Shown: positions 1 through 8,497, counted from the stretch's first letter. The stretch is DNA of 64,000 bases from Polyangiaceae bacterium (GCA_044376115.1 JBILLK010000010.1:1-64000), one strand, 5' to 3'. Made by a program: numbers and translations. The notes: generated by a model not told the origin, from the letters alone.

Positions 1-35
1 GGGAGTGCCACATTCTCGTACGTTTTGTCGTCCAT
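1..35 (-). CDS. 5' fragment of probable IS21 transposase IstA (MDDKTYENVAL...), runs off window
   Basis: AAGGAG 7 nt upstream of ATG at 35, directly inside the IS21-like end; only 11 codons visible. Confidence 0.55.
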   Translation of the reverse strand, partial: MDDKTYENVAL

Positions 36-112
36 CTCAGAGCTCCTTGGTTGAAGCCCGAGGGGGGTCAGTTTTAGGGGCGCGAGGGGGTCAATTTTAC
101 GGGCGCCCTACA
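1..112 (-). mobile_element. Left end of an IS21-family insertion sequence (continues beyond window start)
   Basis: Minus strand reads TGTAGGGCGCCCGTAAAATTGACCCCCTCGCGCCCCTAAAACTGACCCCCCTCG: terminal 5'-TG plus two tandem AAAA(T/C)TGACCCCC motifs ~23 bp apart, the typical IS21 end layout; an RBS and ATG follow. Confidence 0.75.
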
Positions 113-135
113 GTCGGGTCGGAGGTCGTCTGGGA

Positions 136-316
136 GCGGATGATCCGGCTCTCGACGCGAAAGTTGGGCGTTTTTGGCCGGGTGACCCGGCGGGTCATCC
201 GCTCGGCGGGAGCTGGAGGGCGGATCATCCGCCTGCCGGGTTCGGAAATCCTGCGGAGTTGGGCGGGTGATCCGCCGGAGACGAGCGGATGGGGCGTTTG
301 GGGGCGGATCATCCGC
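136..316. repeat. Array of 13-bp palindromes SCGGRTSAYCCGS at ~42-bp spacing
   Basis: Copies at 136, 178, 220, 263, 304, plus an off-phase copy at 190; intervening sequences differ. Confidence 0.75.
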
Positions 317-354
317 GTTTTCCGCGGAGATTTGGGGAACCTAGCTCATGGGTG

Positions 355-641
355 GCCCGGCGGGATGCGACACATCGCCCGCTGTCACGGTGAGACTCCC
401 CGCAATGTCGCGCCCCGTGGCTCGACGCCCGGCGGGATGCGACACATCGCCCGCTGTCACGGTGAGACTCGGCGCAATGTCGCACCCCGCGGCTCGCGCC
501 CCGTGGCTCGACGCCCGGCGGGATGCGACACATCGCCCGCTGTCACGGTGAGACTCCCCGCAATGTCGCACCCCGCGGCTCGAGGCCCGGCGGGATGCGA
601 CACATCGCCCGCTGTCACGGTGAGACTCGCCGCAATGTCGC
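355..641. repeat. Four tandem copies of a ~57-bp hairpin-forming REP-like unit (72/86/72-bp period)
   Basis: GCCCGGCGGGATGCGACACATCGCCCGCTGTCACGGTGAGACTC(N2)CGCAATGTCGC starts at 355, 427, 513, 585; arms TGCGACA...TGTCGC(A). Confidence 0.9.
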
Positions 642-730
642 GGCGCTCCCCGGGCAACCTCTCCCCACCGGATCTCGAGGGTGGGCGCGCAGCGAGAAGG
701 CGCAGCCGGCGTCACTGCTAGGCTCATGCG

Positions 731-1720
731 ATGCTGACTCGTGCCAAAGCCTCAAGAGCCGTCTGCGACCGAGTGACTGGTTGGCTCGCGAGGTCGGCCT
801 TGATGCTCGCCGCGTTGGTCGTTCTGGCTGTACCAGGCGTGGCGCGCAGCTTCGAGATCGTCGGCAAGAACCCCGACTTCTCGATGCAGGTCGAGGCGAA
901 GCCCAACGAACGCCTGTGCATCATCGTGCCCGAAGGTCGCGAGGACGCGGGGTGTGAAGGCATCGAGCCAGCGCAGCGCCGCAAGCTGCGGGACAGCGTA
1001 AGTGGTCACAAGACTGAGACCGTCGCTTTTGTGATTTTGCGACGCGAGGAGCTGTTTTCGATCCTGCAGGTGCAGCGAGACGTTTCACCGTTCGATCCGG
1101 AGTCGGAGTTCAAGAAGGTGAGCGAGGGCTTCATCGAAGGGCTGGTCGGCGCGACCAAAGGCGGCGCTGACTCGCAAGACGTGCGCTTGATTTCGCTCCC
1201 TGATCGCAAGGCAGCCGAGATCGATGTGCGGCTCCGCGTGGTGGGCGACGACCCGGTGGCCTCGCGGTTTGGCTATGTGCGCGCGTACCTTCTGCCGGTG
1301 GGTGAAGTGACCTACGTGCTCTCGTTTAGTGCCCCGCGTAGCGAAGAGCGCTGGGCGAGCGGCAGAACACGCGAGCTACTCGATACGCTCGAGGCGGCCA
1401 AGCCGGTCAGCTCCGCCTTCCGCAAAGGCCAGGCCTTCGGCCGCCTGTTGGGCTCGGTCGGGGTGGTGCTCGCGGTCGTGTTCGTCGTGGTCTGGCTCGT
1501 GCGCAAACAGCGAGCCCAAGCCCGTGCACGCCAGGCTCCGTGGGGAGGGCCGCAGGGGTCAGCGCAGCAGGGCGCGCCCGTTTGGCAGCCCGGTTGGCAT
1601 CCGGGTCCGCAGGGCCCCGCGTACGGTCCGCAGGGCCCCGCGTACGGTCCGCAGGGGCCCGCGTACGGTCCGGAGCAAGGCCAACCACCAATGCCGCCAC
1701 GTCCGCCGCCCGGCAGTTAG
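731..1720 (+). CDS. Hypothetical exported/membrane protein with C-terminal TM helix and Pro/Gln-rich tail
   Basis: 329-aa ORF with signal-like N-terminus, hydrophobic helix near C-terminus and GPQGPAY repeats; start may be ATG 803. Confidence 0.7.
   Translation: MLTRAKASRAVCDRVTGWLARSALMLAALVVLAVPGVARSFEIVGKNPDFSMQVEAKPNERLCIIVPEGREDAGCEGIEPAQRRKLRDSVSGHKTETVAFVILRREELFSILQVQRDVSPFDPESEFKKVSEGFIEGLVGATKGGADSQDVRLISLPDRKAAEIDVRLRVVGDDPVASRFGYVRAYLLPVGEVTYVLSFSAPRSEERWASGRTRELLDTLEAAKPVSSAFRKGQAFGRLLGSVGVVLAVVFVVVWLVRKQRAQARARQAPWGGPQGSAQQGAPVWQPGWHPGPQGPAYGPQGPAYGPQGPAYGPEQGQPPMPPRPPPGS
1604..1672 (+). repeat. 21-bp coding tandem repeat (GPQGPAY x3)
   Basis: GGTCCGCAGGGCCCCGCGTAC repeated three times. 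Confidence 0.9.
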
Positions 1721-1843
1721 GCGCAGTACCTTCGCAACATCGTCAGGCCCCTGGATCACCAATGCTGGATCTCGGGCTCACCAGCAACCAGACATTGTCC
1801 TACATAAGCCCATAAATACTCCGATCGATACAGCCTCACCCGT

Positions 1844-1859
1844 TGGTCCAAAAGCTGCT
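1844..1859 (+). promoter_or_regulatory. Putative sigma54 -24/-12 promoter for the cysteine protease gene
   Basis: TGGTCCAAAAGCTGCT, GG-N10-GC; predicted +1 ~1870, next to ATG 1872. Confidence 0.5.
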
Positions 1860-1871
1860 TTAGTCGGCCGC

Positions 1872-3332
1872 ATGTCCCTACACCGCTTTGCTCGCCAGAC
1901 GCTCGCAGGTCTCTCGATCATCACCGCCTTCGTCGGTTGCGACGACACCGGAAGCGCTGAAGACAACATCACCGACATCAACAACAGCTCGGTCAAGAAG
2001 CAGTCGATCGGCAACTGTTGGGCCTACGCGTCGGTGGGTTGGGCTGAGTCGCTGCACCTGACCGAGACCGGCAGCGAGCTCAATCTCTCGGAGTCGTGGA
2101 TCTCCTACTGGCACTGGTACGAGCAGATCGCCGGCGCCCCGGCAGGCACGAGCGCAAAGCTCGCGTCGCTCGACAAGGACCAGATCTCGACCGGTGGCTG
2201 GTTCGGATTGGCCGCTGAGATCATGCGCCGCTACGGCGTGATCGAGGAAGGCCGCTTCATCCCCGAGGAGCAAGAAGAAGCGCGCAGCGCACGGCAATCC
2301 TCAGCGCTCGCCGCCATCAATGAATCGCTGAAGAACGGCGCGCTGAAAGACCCGGCCGCACGAAAAGACCGCAAGCTCGTGCGCGCAGAGCTCGACAAAG
2401 CTTGGGGCTTGAACGCCGCCACCATCAAGGGCCTCGACGACACCTTTGGTCCGGATGTCAAACGCACCTTGCTCGACGCGAGCGTGGTCCCGAGCGCCGA
2501 ATCGGGCATTCTCCTGGCCAAAGACATTCCGGTGGGCCAGAAGATCTCGTTGGCCGACGCGATCGGCACGCCGTCGTCGAACTTCGACTTCCTGAAGCGC
2601 AAAGGCAAGTTCGCCTGGAACGAGGTCAGCTACCCGACCAGCCCGAGCGCACGCCGCGACCTACAGATTCGTATGCAGTCAGCGATGCACGACGGCATGC
2701 CGGTGATCATGGTTTGGTTCGTCGATTTTGCGGCGATGGATTCGCAGAACCGCTTCATGGCTCCACCGGAGGTCCCCGGTCGACAAGGTGGTCACATGAC
2801 GATTGTCGAGGACTACCAGATCAACGGCGTCCCCGGCTTCGGCACGCTCAAGGCTGGAGAGCTCATCACGGATGACAAAGCGCTCGACGCAGCCCTCGCA
2901 CCGGAAGCAAAGATCGAGTTCATCCGCATGAAGAACTCCTGGGGCACCAGCTTGGCGCCAAACAACTCCGGCGAAGAGCTGCGTGGCTTTCACGACATCT
3001 ACCAACCCTACTTCGACGGCCAGCTCACCCGTTGCACCGAGTCCAACGGCGACAAGTGCGGCATCAAGAGCAAGACCGCTGGCTTGACCGGCCTGGTGCT
3101 TCCGCCGGCAACCTTCATCACCAGCGCCAAGGCCAAGCCCGGAACGTGTGCCGTCGACCTGTGCGCCGCTGGCCCCGCGCTCAGCAGCCAGACTTGCACC
3201 GACAGCGACAAGCAAACCTGTATCAACAAGGTCTGCGCGGCGGACAACTTCTGCTGCTCGAACTCGTGGGATGACCTTTGCGTCAAGGCCGCCCAAGCCG
3301 ACGCTGAGTGTGCGCTCAGCTGCGGGTCCTGA
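1872..3332 (+). CDS. Papain-like (C1) cysteine peptidase lipoprotein with Cys-rich C-terminal domain
   Basis: Lipobox FVGC; QSIGNCWAYA (Gln/Cys), GGHM (His), KNSWG (Asn); C-terminal VCAADNFCCSNSWDDLC module. Confidence 0.85.
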   Translation: MSLHRFARQTLAGLSIITAFVGCDDTGSAEDNITDINNSSVKKQSIGNCWAYASVGWAESLHLTETGSELNLSESWISYWHWYEQIAGAPAGTSAKLASLDKDQISTGGWFGLAAEIMRRYGVIEEGRFIPEEQEEARSARQSSALAAINESLKNGALKDPAARKDRKLVRAELDKAWGLNAATIKGLDDTFGPDVKRTLLDASVVPSAESGILLAKDIPVGQKISLADAIGTPSSNFDFLKRKGKFAWNEVSYPTSPSARRDLQIRMQSAMHDGMPVIMVWFVDFAAMDSQNRFMAPPEVPGRQGGHMTIVEDYQINGVPGFGTLKAGELITDDKALDAALAPEAKIEFIRMKNSWGTSLAPNNSGEELRGFHDIYQPYFDGQLTRCTESNGDKCGIKSKTAGLTGLVLPPATFITSAKAKPGTCAVDLCAAGPALSSQTCTDSDKQTCINKVCAADNFCCSNSWDDLCVKAAQADAECALSCGS

Positions 3333-3353
3333 CCTCTTCCTAGCTGGCGCTGC

Positions 3354-3401
3354 GCCTCTCCACCGGGCGTTCTCGAACAGGGCCATCACGCCCGGTGAGA
3401 G
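3354..3401. terminator. Hairpin between convergent genes
   Basis: CCTCTCCACCGGGCG ... CGCCCGGTGAGAGG inverted repeat overlapping the LysR stop. Confidence 0.45.
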
Positions 3402-4336
3402 GTCGCCCGTTGGTTTGTTTGTGGCACGCGCAAAGCACGCGCGGCCTCATGCACGAGCGCGCGGAACCAGGTGTAGCGGGGGTCGCCGTCTTGCTGCGGG
3501 TGCCACGCGATCTCCATCGCGATCGGCGGAAGCTCCAGCGGCGGCGGGCGGATCGCGAGGCTGCGGCGCGACGCCAGCGCGCTGCGAAAGCTCCACGGCA
3601 GCGTGACGATGCGGTCGGAACGCTCCACCAGGGAAAGGGCGAGCGAGAACGAAGTGACCACGCGGGTCACGCGTCGTGCGAGGCCGTGCGCTGCGAGCGC
3701 GTCGTCAACGGCGCCATGCTCCGAATCCCCGCGCGGCGAGACGAGCACATGTTCGGCTGCCGCGTAGCGTGCGATCGAGAGCTTGCCCTTTAGCAGCGGG
3801 TGACCCGCGCGCAGGACGCACAGGTAGCCCTCGGTGAACAGCGGCTCGCCACTCAAGCGGTTGACCGAGGCCGGGACGACGAACAAGCAACGCTGCTCGG
3901 GGCGGATGACCGGACTCGGGCCACTCACAGAGCGAAGGTGCAACTTGGCTCGCGGCGCGCGCTGAGAGAGCAGAGCGTCGAGCGGGCGAACAAGCACCTC
4001 GGCGATGCGGTGGGCCACCGTTAACACGAACTCTCCGTCGTACGTCGCCGGGTTAAACGGCACGGCGGCGTCGACAAGGCGCTCAGCGGCAGCGATCACG
4101 TCGCGTGCAGGGCCGCGCAGCTCCTCGGCGCGCGCGGTCCGCGCGAAGGCTCGCCCCACGCGCACGAGCAGCGGGTCATCGAACTCGACACGGAGACGGT
4201 GCAGCGCGTTGCTCGCCGCGGCGGGCGTAATCGAGAGCAGCCGGGCCGCGCGCGCGACATGCGCCTCCTCGAGCAAGAAGTGCAGAGCGCGCACGTGATT
4301 CAGGTCCAGCGTCGATAGCTTCACAGCGTGAAGCAT
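3386..4336 (-). CDS. LysR-family transcriptional regulator
   Basis: LDLNHVRALHFLLEEAHVARAARLLSITPAAASNALHRLR HTH; NodD/DntR-like substrate-binding domain; divergent from oxidoreductase. Confidence 0.93.
   Translation of the reverse strand: MLHAVKLSTLDLNHVRALHFLLEEAHVARAARLLSITPAAASNALHRLRVEFDDPLLVRVGRAFARTARAEELRGPARDVIAAAERLVDAAVPFNPATYDGEFVLTVAHRIAEVLVRPLDALLSQRAPRAKLHLRSVSGPSPVIRPEQRCLFVVPASVNRLSGEPLFTEGYLCVLRAGHPLLKGKLSIARYAAAEHVLVSPRGDSEHGAVDDALAAHGLARRVTRVVTSFSLALSLVERSDRIVTLPWSFRSALASRRSLAIRPPPLELPPIAMEIAWHPQQDGDPRYTWFRALVHEAARALRVPQTNQRATSHRA
4320..4332. promoter_or_regulatory. Putative LysR recognition site 1 (T-N11-A)
   Basis: TTCACAGCGTGAA palindrome within the first LysR codons. 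Confidence 0.6.
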
Positions 4337-4477
4337 AGGCCTTGAGTCGATCAAGTTCCCAGATGGTGTGAACGTTCTAGTTTGCAGGTCGCCGAGACGC
4401 GTATTGGCACGCGGCGCGAAGTGCGTCGCAAAGTCGGGCCTTCCTGAGAAGGCGCTCGCTCGAGCCGCCGCGAGAAC

Positions 4478-4490
4478 TTCACGGCGTGAA
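4478..4490. promoter_or_regulatory. Putative LysR recognition site 2 (T-N11-A)
   Basis: TTCACGGCGTGAA palindrome 35 nt upstream of oxidoreductase ATG; 12/13 identical to site 1. Confidence 0.6.
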
Positions 4491-4524
4491 CGATTCGGTT
4501 TTGAACAGACAACAGGAGAAGCCA

Positions 4525-5463
4525 ATGAACATTCGGAAGAGTGCGCTTCGGTTGCATCAATACGGCGAGCGCGATGGGCTGCGGGTCGACGAAGTCGCGC
4601 CGCCCGAGCTCTCGCCGACAGAGGTCCTGGTCGAGGTGAAGGCTGCTGGCGTGAACCCGCTCGACCAAAAGCTTGCGGCCGGCTGGTTGCGCCAAGGCTT
4701 CCCGCTCACGCTCCCAGCGACGCTTGGTCTCGAGCTCGCGGGGGTGGTTACGGCCGTTGGCCCAGCGACCAGCGGCAGGTTGGCGGTCGGGGATCGAGTG
4801 ATGGGGCTCGCGGGGATGGGCGCGTATGCAGACCTTGTGGCGCTCCCCGAGGCAGGCCTGACCGTGACTCCCGCGGAGCTCTCCGACGTGCAAGCGGCGT
4901 CGCTCCCGGTTGCAGCGTTGACGGCGTGGCAGCTCCTGCGGGCCGCGGGCGAACCGCGCTCGGGAAGTACCGTCCTCGTGCATGGCGCCTCGGGCGGTGT
5001 GGGTGGATTCGCGGTCCAGCTCGCAAAGGCGCTCGGCGCGAGGGTGCTCGCGACGACCGCCAGCGAGAGCGTCGACTACGTACGCGGACTCGGCGCCGAT
5101 ACCGTTTTCGATCGGCGCGCGCAGCGCTTTGAGGACGAGGCGCGCGACGTCGACTTGGTGCTCGATCTGGTGGGCGGCGACACGGTGGATCGGTCCTGGG
5201 CTGTGCTCACGCCAGACGGTGCGATTGCAACGGTGGCGACGATGGACATCGCCGCGAAGACGCCCGCGGGAAAACGGGGAATCTGGCTCAGCATGAAGGG
5301 CGATCCCGAGCGGCTAGCCCAGCTTGCCGCAGACGTCGCGAGCGGGGTGCTGCGCTCAGCTATCGCCGAGGTGGTACCGCTCTCTGGCCTCACGCAAGCG
5401 ATTCTCGGCGTCGGTGCGCGTAGGGCGCCGGGCAAAGTCGTCGTCGATATGACGCTCGTCTAG
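4525..5463 (+). CDS. NADP-dependent (quinone) oxidoreductase, MDR family
   Basis: AAGVNPLD, VLVHGASGGVGGFAVQLAK; RBS AGGAG upstream. Confidence 0.92.
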   Translation: MNIRKSALRLHQYGERDGLRVDEVAPPELSPTEVLVEVKAAGVNPLDQKLAAGWLRQGFPLTLPATLGLELAGVVTAVGPATSGRLAVGDRVMGLAGMGAYADLVALPEAGLTVTPAELSDVQAASLPVAALTAWQLLRAAGEPRSGSTVLVHGASGGVGGFAVQLAKALGARVLATTASESVDYVRGLGADTVFDRRAQRFEDEARDVDLVLDLVGGDTVDRSWAVLTPDGAIATVATMDIAAKTPAGKRGIWLSMKGDPERLAQLAADVASGVLRSAIAEVVPLSGLTQAILGVGARRAPGKVVVDMTLV

Positions 5464-5486
5464 TCACCGAACACGCGGACTCCGCC

Positions 5487-6086
5487 CTATTCGTAAAGGA
5501 ACGCGGCGTTGGTACCACCCTTCATGCCCACCGCGATCTGAATGTTGAGGTGGGCCATCGCCTCGAGCTGGCGAGCAGTTGTTAGCGGCCCAACTTCGAC
5601 CGGAGCAAGGCCGGCGCTGCGCGCGAGCTCAGCAACGATCGCGCGCGCCTCGGCGTGATCGGAGGCCACGAAGCAAGTGACTCGCCCCGCCGGCCGAGGG
5701 GCGGGCACTTGCCGCAGAACATCGGCGAAGATGGTGTTGAAGGCCTTGACCACCCGCGCACCGGGGAGCGCACGCGCAACCTCCTCGGCCGCTGAGTTCT
5801 CCTGGCCCAACAACATCGGCGACCAGTCGGCGTTCACCGGATTGGTGGCGTCGATCACGACCTTCCCGGCCAGCTGCGTCGCCAAGCCGGGCAAGAGCTC
5901 GCGGACCACCGCGAACGGCACCGCGAGAACCACCACCTCCGCTTGAATGGCCGTGAGGATGGCGACCTCGCCAGCCTCGAGCTTTGCATCCGCCCGAACG
6001 CCGTAAACGATTTCGTGCCCGCCCAGAGCGAGGGCGCGTCCGAGCGCGCGCGCCAAACTACCCGCGCCGACAAATCCGATCTTCAT
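5487..6086 (-). CDS. NADPH-dependent F420 reductase-like dinucleotide-binding protein
   Basis: GFVGAGSL Rossmann motif, IDATNP, VVKAFNTIFA. Confidence 0.88.
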   Translation of the reverse strand: MKIGFVGAGSLARALGRALALGGHEIVYGVRADAKLEAGEVAILTAIQAEVVVLAVPFAVVRELLPGLATQLAGKVVIDATNPVNADWSPMLLGQENSAAEEVARALPGARVVKAFNTIFADVLRQVPAPRPAGRVTCFVASDHAEARAIVAELARSAGLAPVEVGPLTTARQLEAMAHLNIQIAVGMKGGTNAAFLYE

Positions 6087-6123
6087 AGTGAACCAGTGCC
6101 TCCAAAGGGCACGCTAACTCTAT

Positions 6124-6139
6124 TAGACCAATTGGTCTA
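6124..6139. promoter_or_regulatory. NemR-type TetR operator
   Basis: Perfect palindrome TAGACCAATTGGTCTA upstream of the F420-reductase-like gene. Confidence 0.85.
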
Positions 6140-6159
6140 GTTCATGATCGAGCCTGATT

Positions 6160-6741
6160 TCACGTCAGCAGCCGACCAAACACGACGTGCAAGAAGCCCT
6201 CGAGCGGCGCGCCGCTCTTCTTCAACTTCATTTGCATGAGCGCGCCCTGCCAGGCGTCGAGGATGAAGGCCGCTGTCTCGTCGCAGTCCACCCGAGGTCC
6301 CAGCTCCCCGCGCTCTCGGGCCTCGCGCAAGCAATCGGCGATGCGGTGACGCCAGCGACCAAACAGCCGCGCGAGCGCCTCCCGCGGCTTGGGACCACGG
6401 TCCGCCAGCTCTTGGCCCAAGAGCCCGAGCAAGCACCCACCCGAGTAGCCGGCGCGCTCGAAGTCGCGTTTCAGCGCCTCGAAATAGCGCCGCAACCGCT
6501 CGAGCGGTGGATGCGCTTCATTGCCGAGCGCGCGGTCGAGCGATGGCAGATGTTGCTCGTAATAGAACTCGGCGACCGCCAGCGCGAAGGCCTGCTTGTC
6601 CTCGAAGTGGTGGTAGAAGGAGCCGCGCGGGACCTGGGCGCGCTCGAGGATGGCGTTGGTTCCGACGAAGTCGTAGCCGCCTTCCAAGAACAGATCCATG
6701 CCGGAGAAGAGCAACGCCTCGCGCGTGTCACGACCTCTCAT
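6160..6741 (-). CDS. TetR/AcrR-family regulator, NemR-like
   Basis: ILERAQVPRGSFYHHFEDK HTH; GCLLGLLGQELA and WQGALMQMK C-terminal motifs; ATGA overlap with upstream hydrolase. Confidence 0.92.
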   Translation of the reverse strand: MRGRDTREALLFSGMDLFLEGGYDFVGTNAILERAQVPRGSFYHHFEDKQAFALAVAEFYYEQHLPSLDRALGNEAHPPLERLRRYFEALKRDFERAGYSGGCLLGLLGQELADRGPKPREALARLFGRWRHRIADCLREARERGELGPRVDCDETAAFILDAWQGALMQMKLKKSGAPLEGFLHVVFGRLLT

Positions 6742-7631
6742 GCAGCGCCTCGCGGACCCAGGTGCTCTCGCAGGTGCTCGGCGATCCGCTCGCTCGCTGC
6801 GTTCACGAGCCGCGGTTGATCGTAGAAGTCCACCTGGTTCGACGACTCGACCCAGCTGAGCGATTTGGGCGCGGGGACGTTGTCGTAGAAGCGTCGTGCC
6901 CACGCCGGGGACAGCGCGTTCTCCGAATGCACCATCGCGACCGGCACCGAGATTTGGGGCGCCGCGGCCTGCACGTCGAACGGCAGAAAGAGTTCTCGCG
7001 ACATCACCGCAAACTGGTTGCGATAGTTGGGCACCGCTGCGCGCGGCGTCGCGTAATAGTCGAAGGTATCGGGCAACGTCATCGCGGCGTCCCCTTGCAA
7101 GGCAGCGGCTGGTACGAGCATCGTCTCACCGGTGGCTTCATAGTGCAGCCGAGCCGCGCGCCCAGCCTCGATCTTTTGCTGGAAGCCTTCAGGGTCCTTC
7201 GCGCGGAGCTCACTCGGATCTCGGTAATAACCGGCGACCATACCGAGGGCGCGCACGCGGGGATGATCGAGCGAGGCCCATGCTGCGTAGCCCGCACCGA
7301 GACAGACGCCCACAAGCCCAAGCCGTTCGCCGTCCACGTTCGGGTGGGCCGCGAGCCACTCCAGCGCTTGCCTCAAATCCTCCACCTTGTGCGGCCAGGA
7401 TTCGAGCTGCCGCGGGGCGCCGCCACTCTCACCGTAGTACCGATGATCGATCGCGAGCGCGGCAAAGCCCCGCATCGCCAGCGCGCACGCGTACACGCCA
7501 GTGACCTGCTCCTTCACCGAGGTCATCGGCCCTGCCACCACCACCGCCGGGTGGGGCCCGGGCTGCGCCGGCCAATAAATCTCACCGACCACCGGGACCT
7601 GGTTTACCTCGAAGAAGACACGTTGGCGCAT
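6738..7631 (-). CDS. Alpha/beta hydrolase
   Basis: DHRYYGESGGAPR, nucleophile elbow GVCLG. Confidence 0.88.
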   Translation of the reverse strand: MRQRVFFEVNQVPVVGEIYWPAQPGPHPAVVVAGPMTSVKEQVTGVYACALAMRGFAALAIDHRYYGESGGAPRQLESWPHKVEDLRQALEWLAAHPNVDGERLGLVGVCLGAGYAAWASLDHPRVRALGMVAGYYRDPSELRAKDPEGFQQKIEAGRAARLHYEATGETMLVPAAALQGDAAMTLPDTFDYYATPRAAVPNYRNQFAVMSRELFLPFDVQAAAPQISVPVAMVHSENALSPAWARRFYDNVPAPKSLSWVESSNQVDFYDQPRLVNAASERIAEHLREHLGPRGAA

Positions 7632-7641
7632 CGCACCACAT

Positions 7642-7657
7642 TAGACCAATTGGTCTA
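7642..7657. promoter_or_regulatory. NemR-type TetR operator (second copy)
   Basis: Identical TAGACCAATTGGTCTA 11 nt upstream of hydrolase ATG. Confidence 0.85.
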
Positions 7658-7747
7658 TTGGCACCAGCTCGCTGGTCGCTCCCGGGCCCGGCCACTTCTT
7701 AACCTAGGTTGCCGCAGCGGCGCTGCCCTGCGGCCTAGCCTCGGGCG

Positions 7748-8497
7748 ATGGAAGCTACTGCCAATCCCTCGGTGTTACGTCTTTCATCCTTCGCGGCGTT
7801 CGGCCTGTTGCTGCTTTTGTGCGCCCTAACGCTGTTTTCCGGCGTGAGTCAGCAATGGTTCGAGTCGGTGCACGCGCCGCAGGTGTACAGCGAGGCGTTG
7901 CAGCGGGACGCCGGCTGGCTACGGGTGATCATCGTGCTCGACGATCTGTTCATTGCCGCCTACGTCAGCGCGACGGTGGCGCTAGCCGCCTATCTTGCGC
8001 GGGGCCGGTGGACGGTTTGGCAGCTTTTGATCGTGGCGGGCGGAGTTTCAGCGGGCGTGTTGGATCTGCAGGAGAACCATCATTTGCTCACGCTACTGCG
8101 TGTGGCCAACGAGGGCCTCGCCCTTCCGCTGGCAGAGGTCGTCCAGCGGTCTTGGCTCAGTCAGCTCAAATGGCTGCTCGGCCATGTGACCTTCGTGTTG
8201 GTTGGGATCAGCCTGCCGGACCGCGGGCCGTTCACTCGCATGCTGCGCGTGAGCCTGATTGCTTGGCAGCTACCGATCGGAGCGTTGACCTGGGCCGTTG
8301 ATGAAGGCTTCTGGCAAACCACGCTGCTCTGGCTTCGCTACGGCTCGTTCTTGGCCGGCTTTCTGGCGATGCCGTGGCTACCGAGCGCGGGCCTGCGCGC
8401 GAGCCTCCAGGGTTCGCAAGCGTCGCAGCCGACTGAGGTGAACCGGCGTGATGCCCAGATAGGAAGCGACGTGACGAGCGGCGACCATCGCCTCTAG
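7748..8497 (+). CDS. Integral membrane protein of unknown function
   Basis: About six hydrophobic helices; LDLQENHH motif. Confidence 0.7.
   Translation: MEATANPSVLRLSSFAAFGLLLLLCALTLFSGVSQQWFESVHAPQVYSEALQRDAGWLRVIIVLDDLFIAAYVSATVALAAYLARGRWTVWQLLIVAGGVSAGVLDLQENHHLLTLLRVANEGLALPLAEVVQRSWLSQLKWLLGHVTFVLVGISLPDRGPFTRMLRVSLIAWQLPIGALTWAVDEGFWQTTLLWLRYGSFLAGFLAMPWLPSAGLRASLQGSQASQPTEVNRRDAQIGSDVTSGDHRL

Noticed and set aside
355..641. CRISPR array
   Set aside because: Repeats are ~57 bp, linkers are short and near-identical rather than unique, and there are no cas genes in the window.
355..641. Integron attC cassette array
   Set aside because: No RYYYAAC/GTTRRRY core ends, no cassette ORFs between units and no integrase.
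5..957. ORFs spanning the repeat arrays (e.g. 5..721, 341..727)
   Set aside because: They stay open only because the GC-rich 72-bp unit is a multiple of 3 and lacks stops; they cross the IS end and show no recognisable domain.
1329..1871. Long N-terminal extension of the protease ORF
   Set aside because: Overlaps the upstream gene and promoter; the lipoprotein signal begins at ATG 1872.
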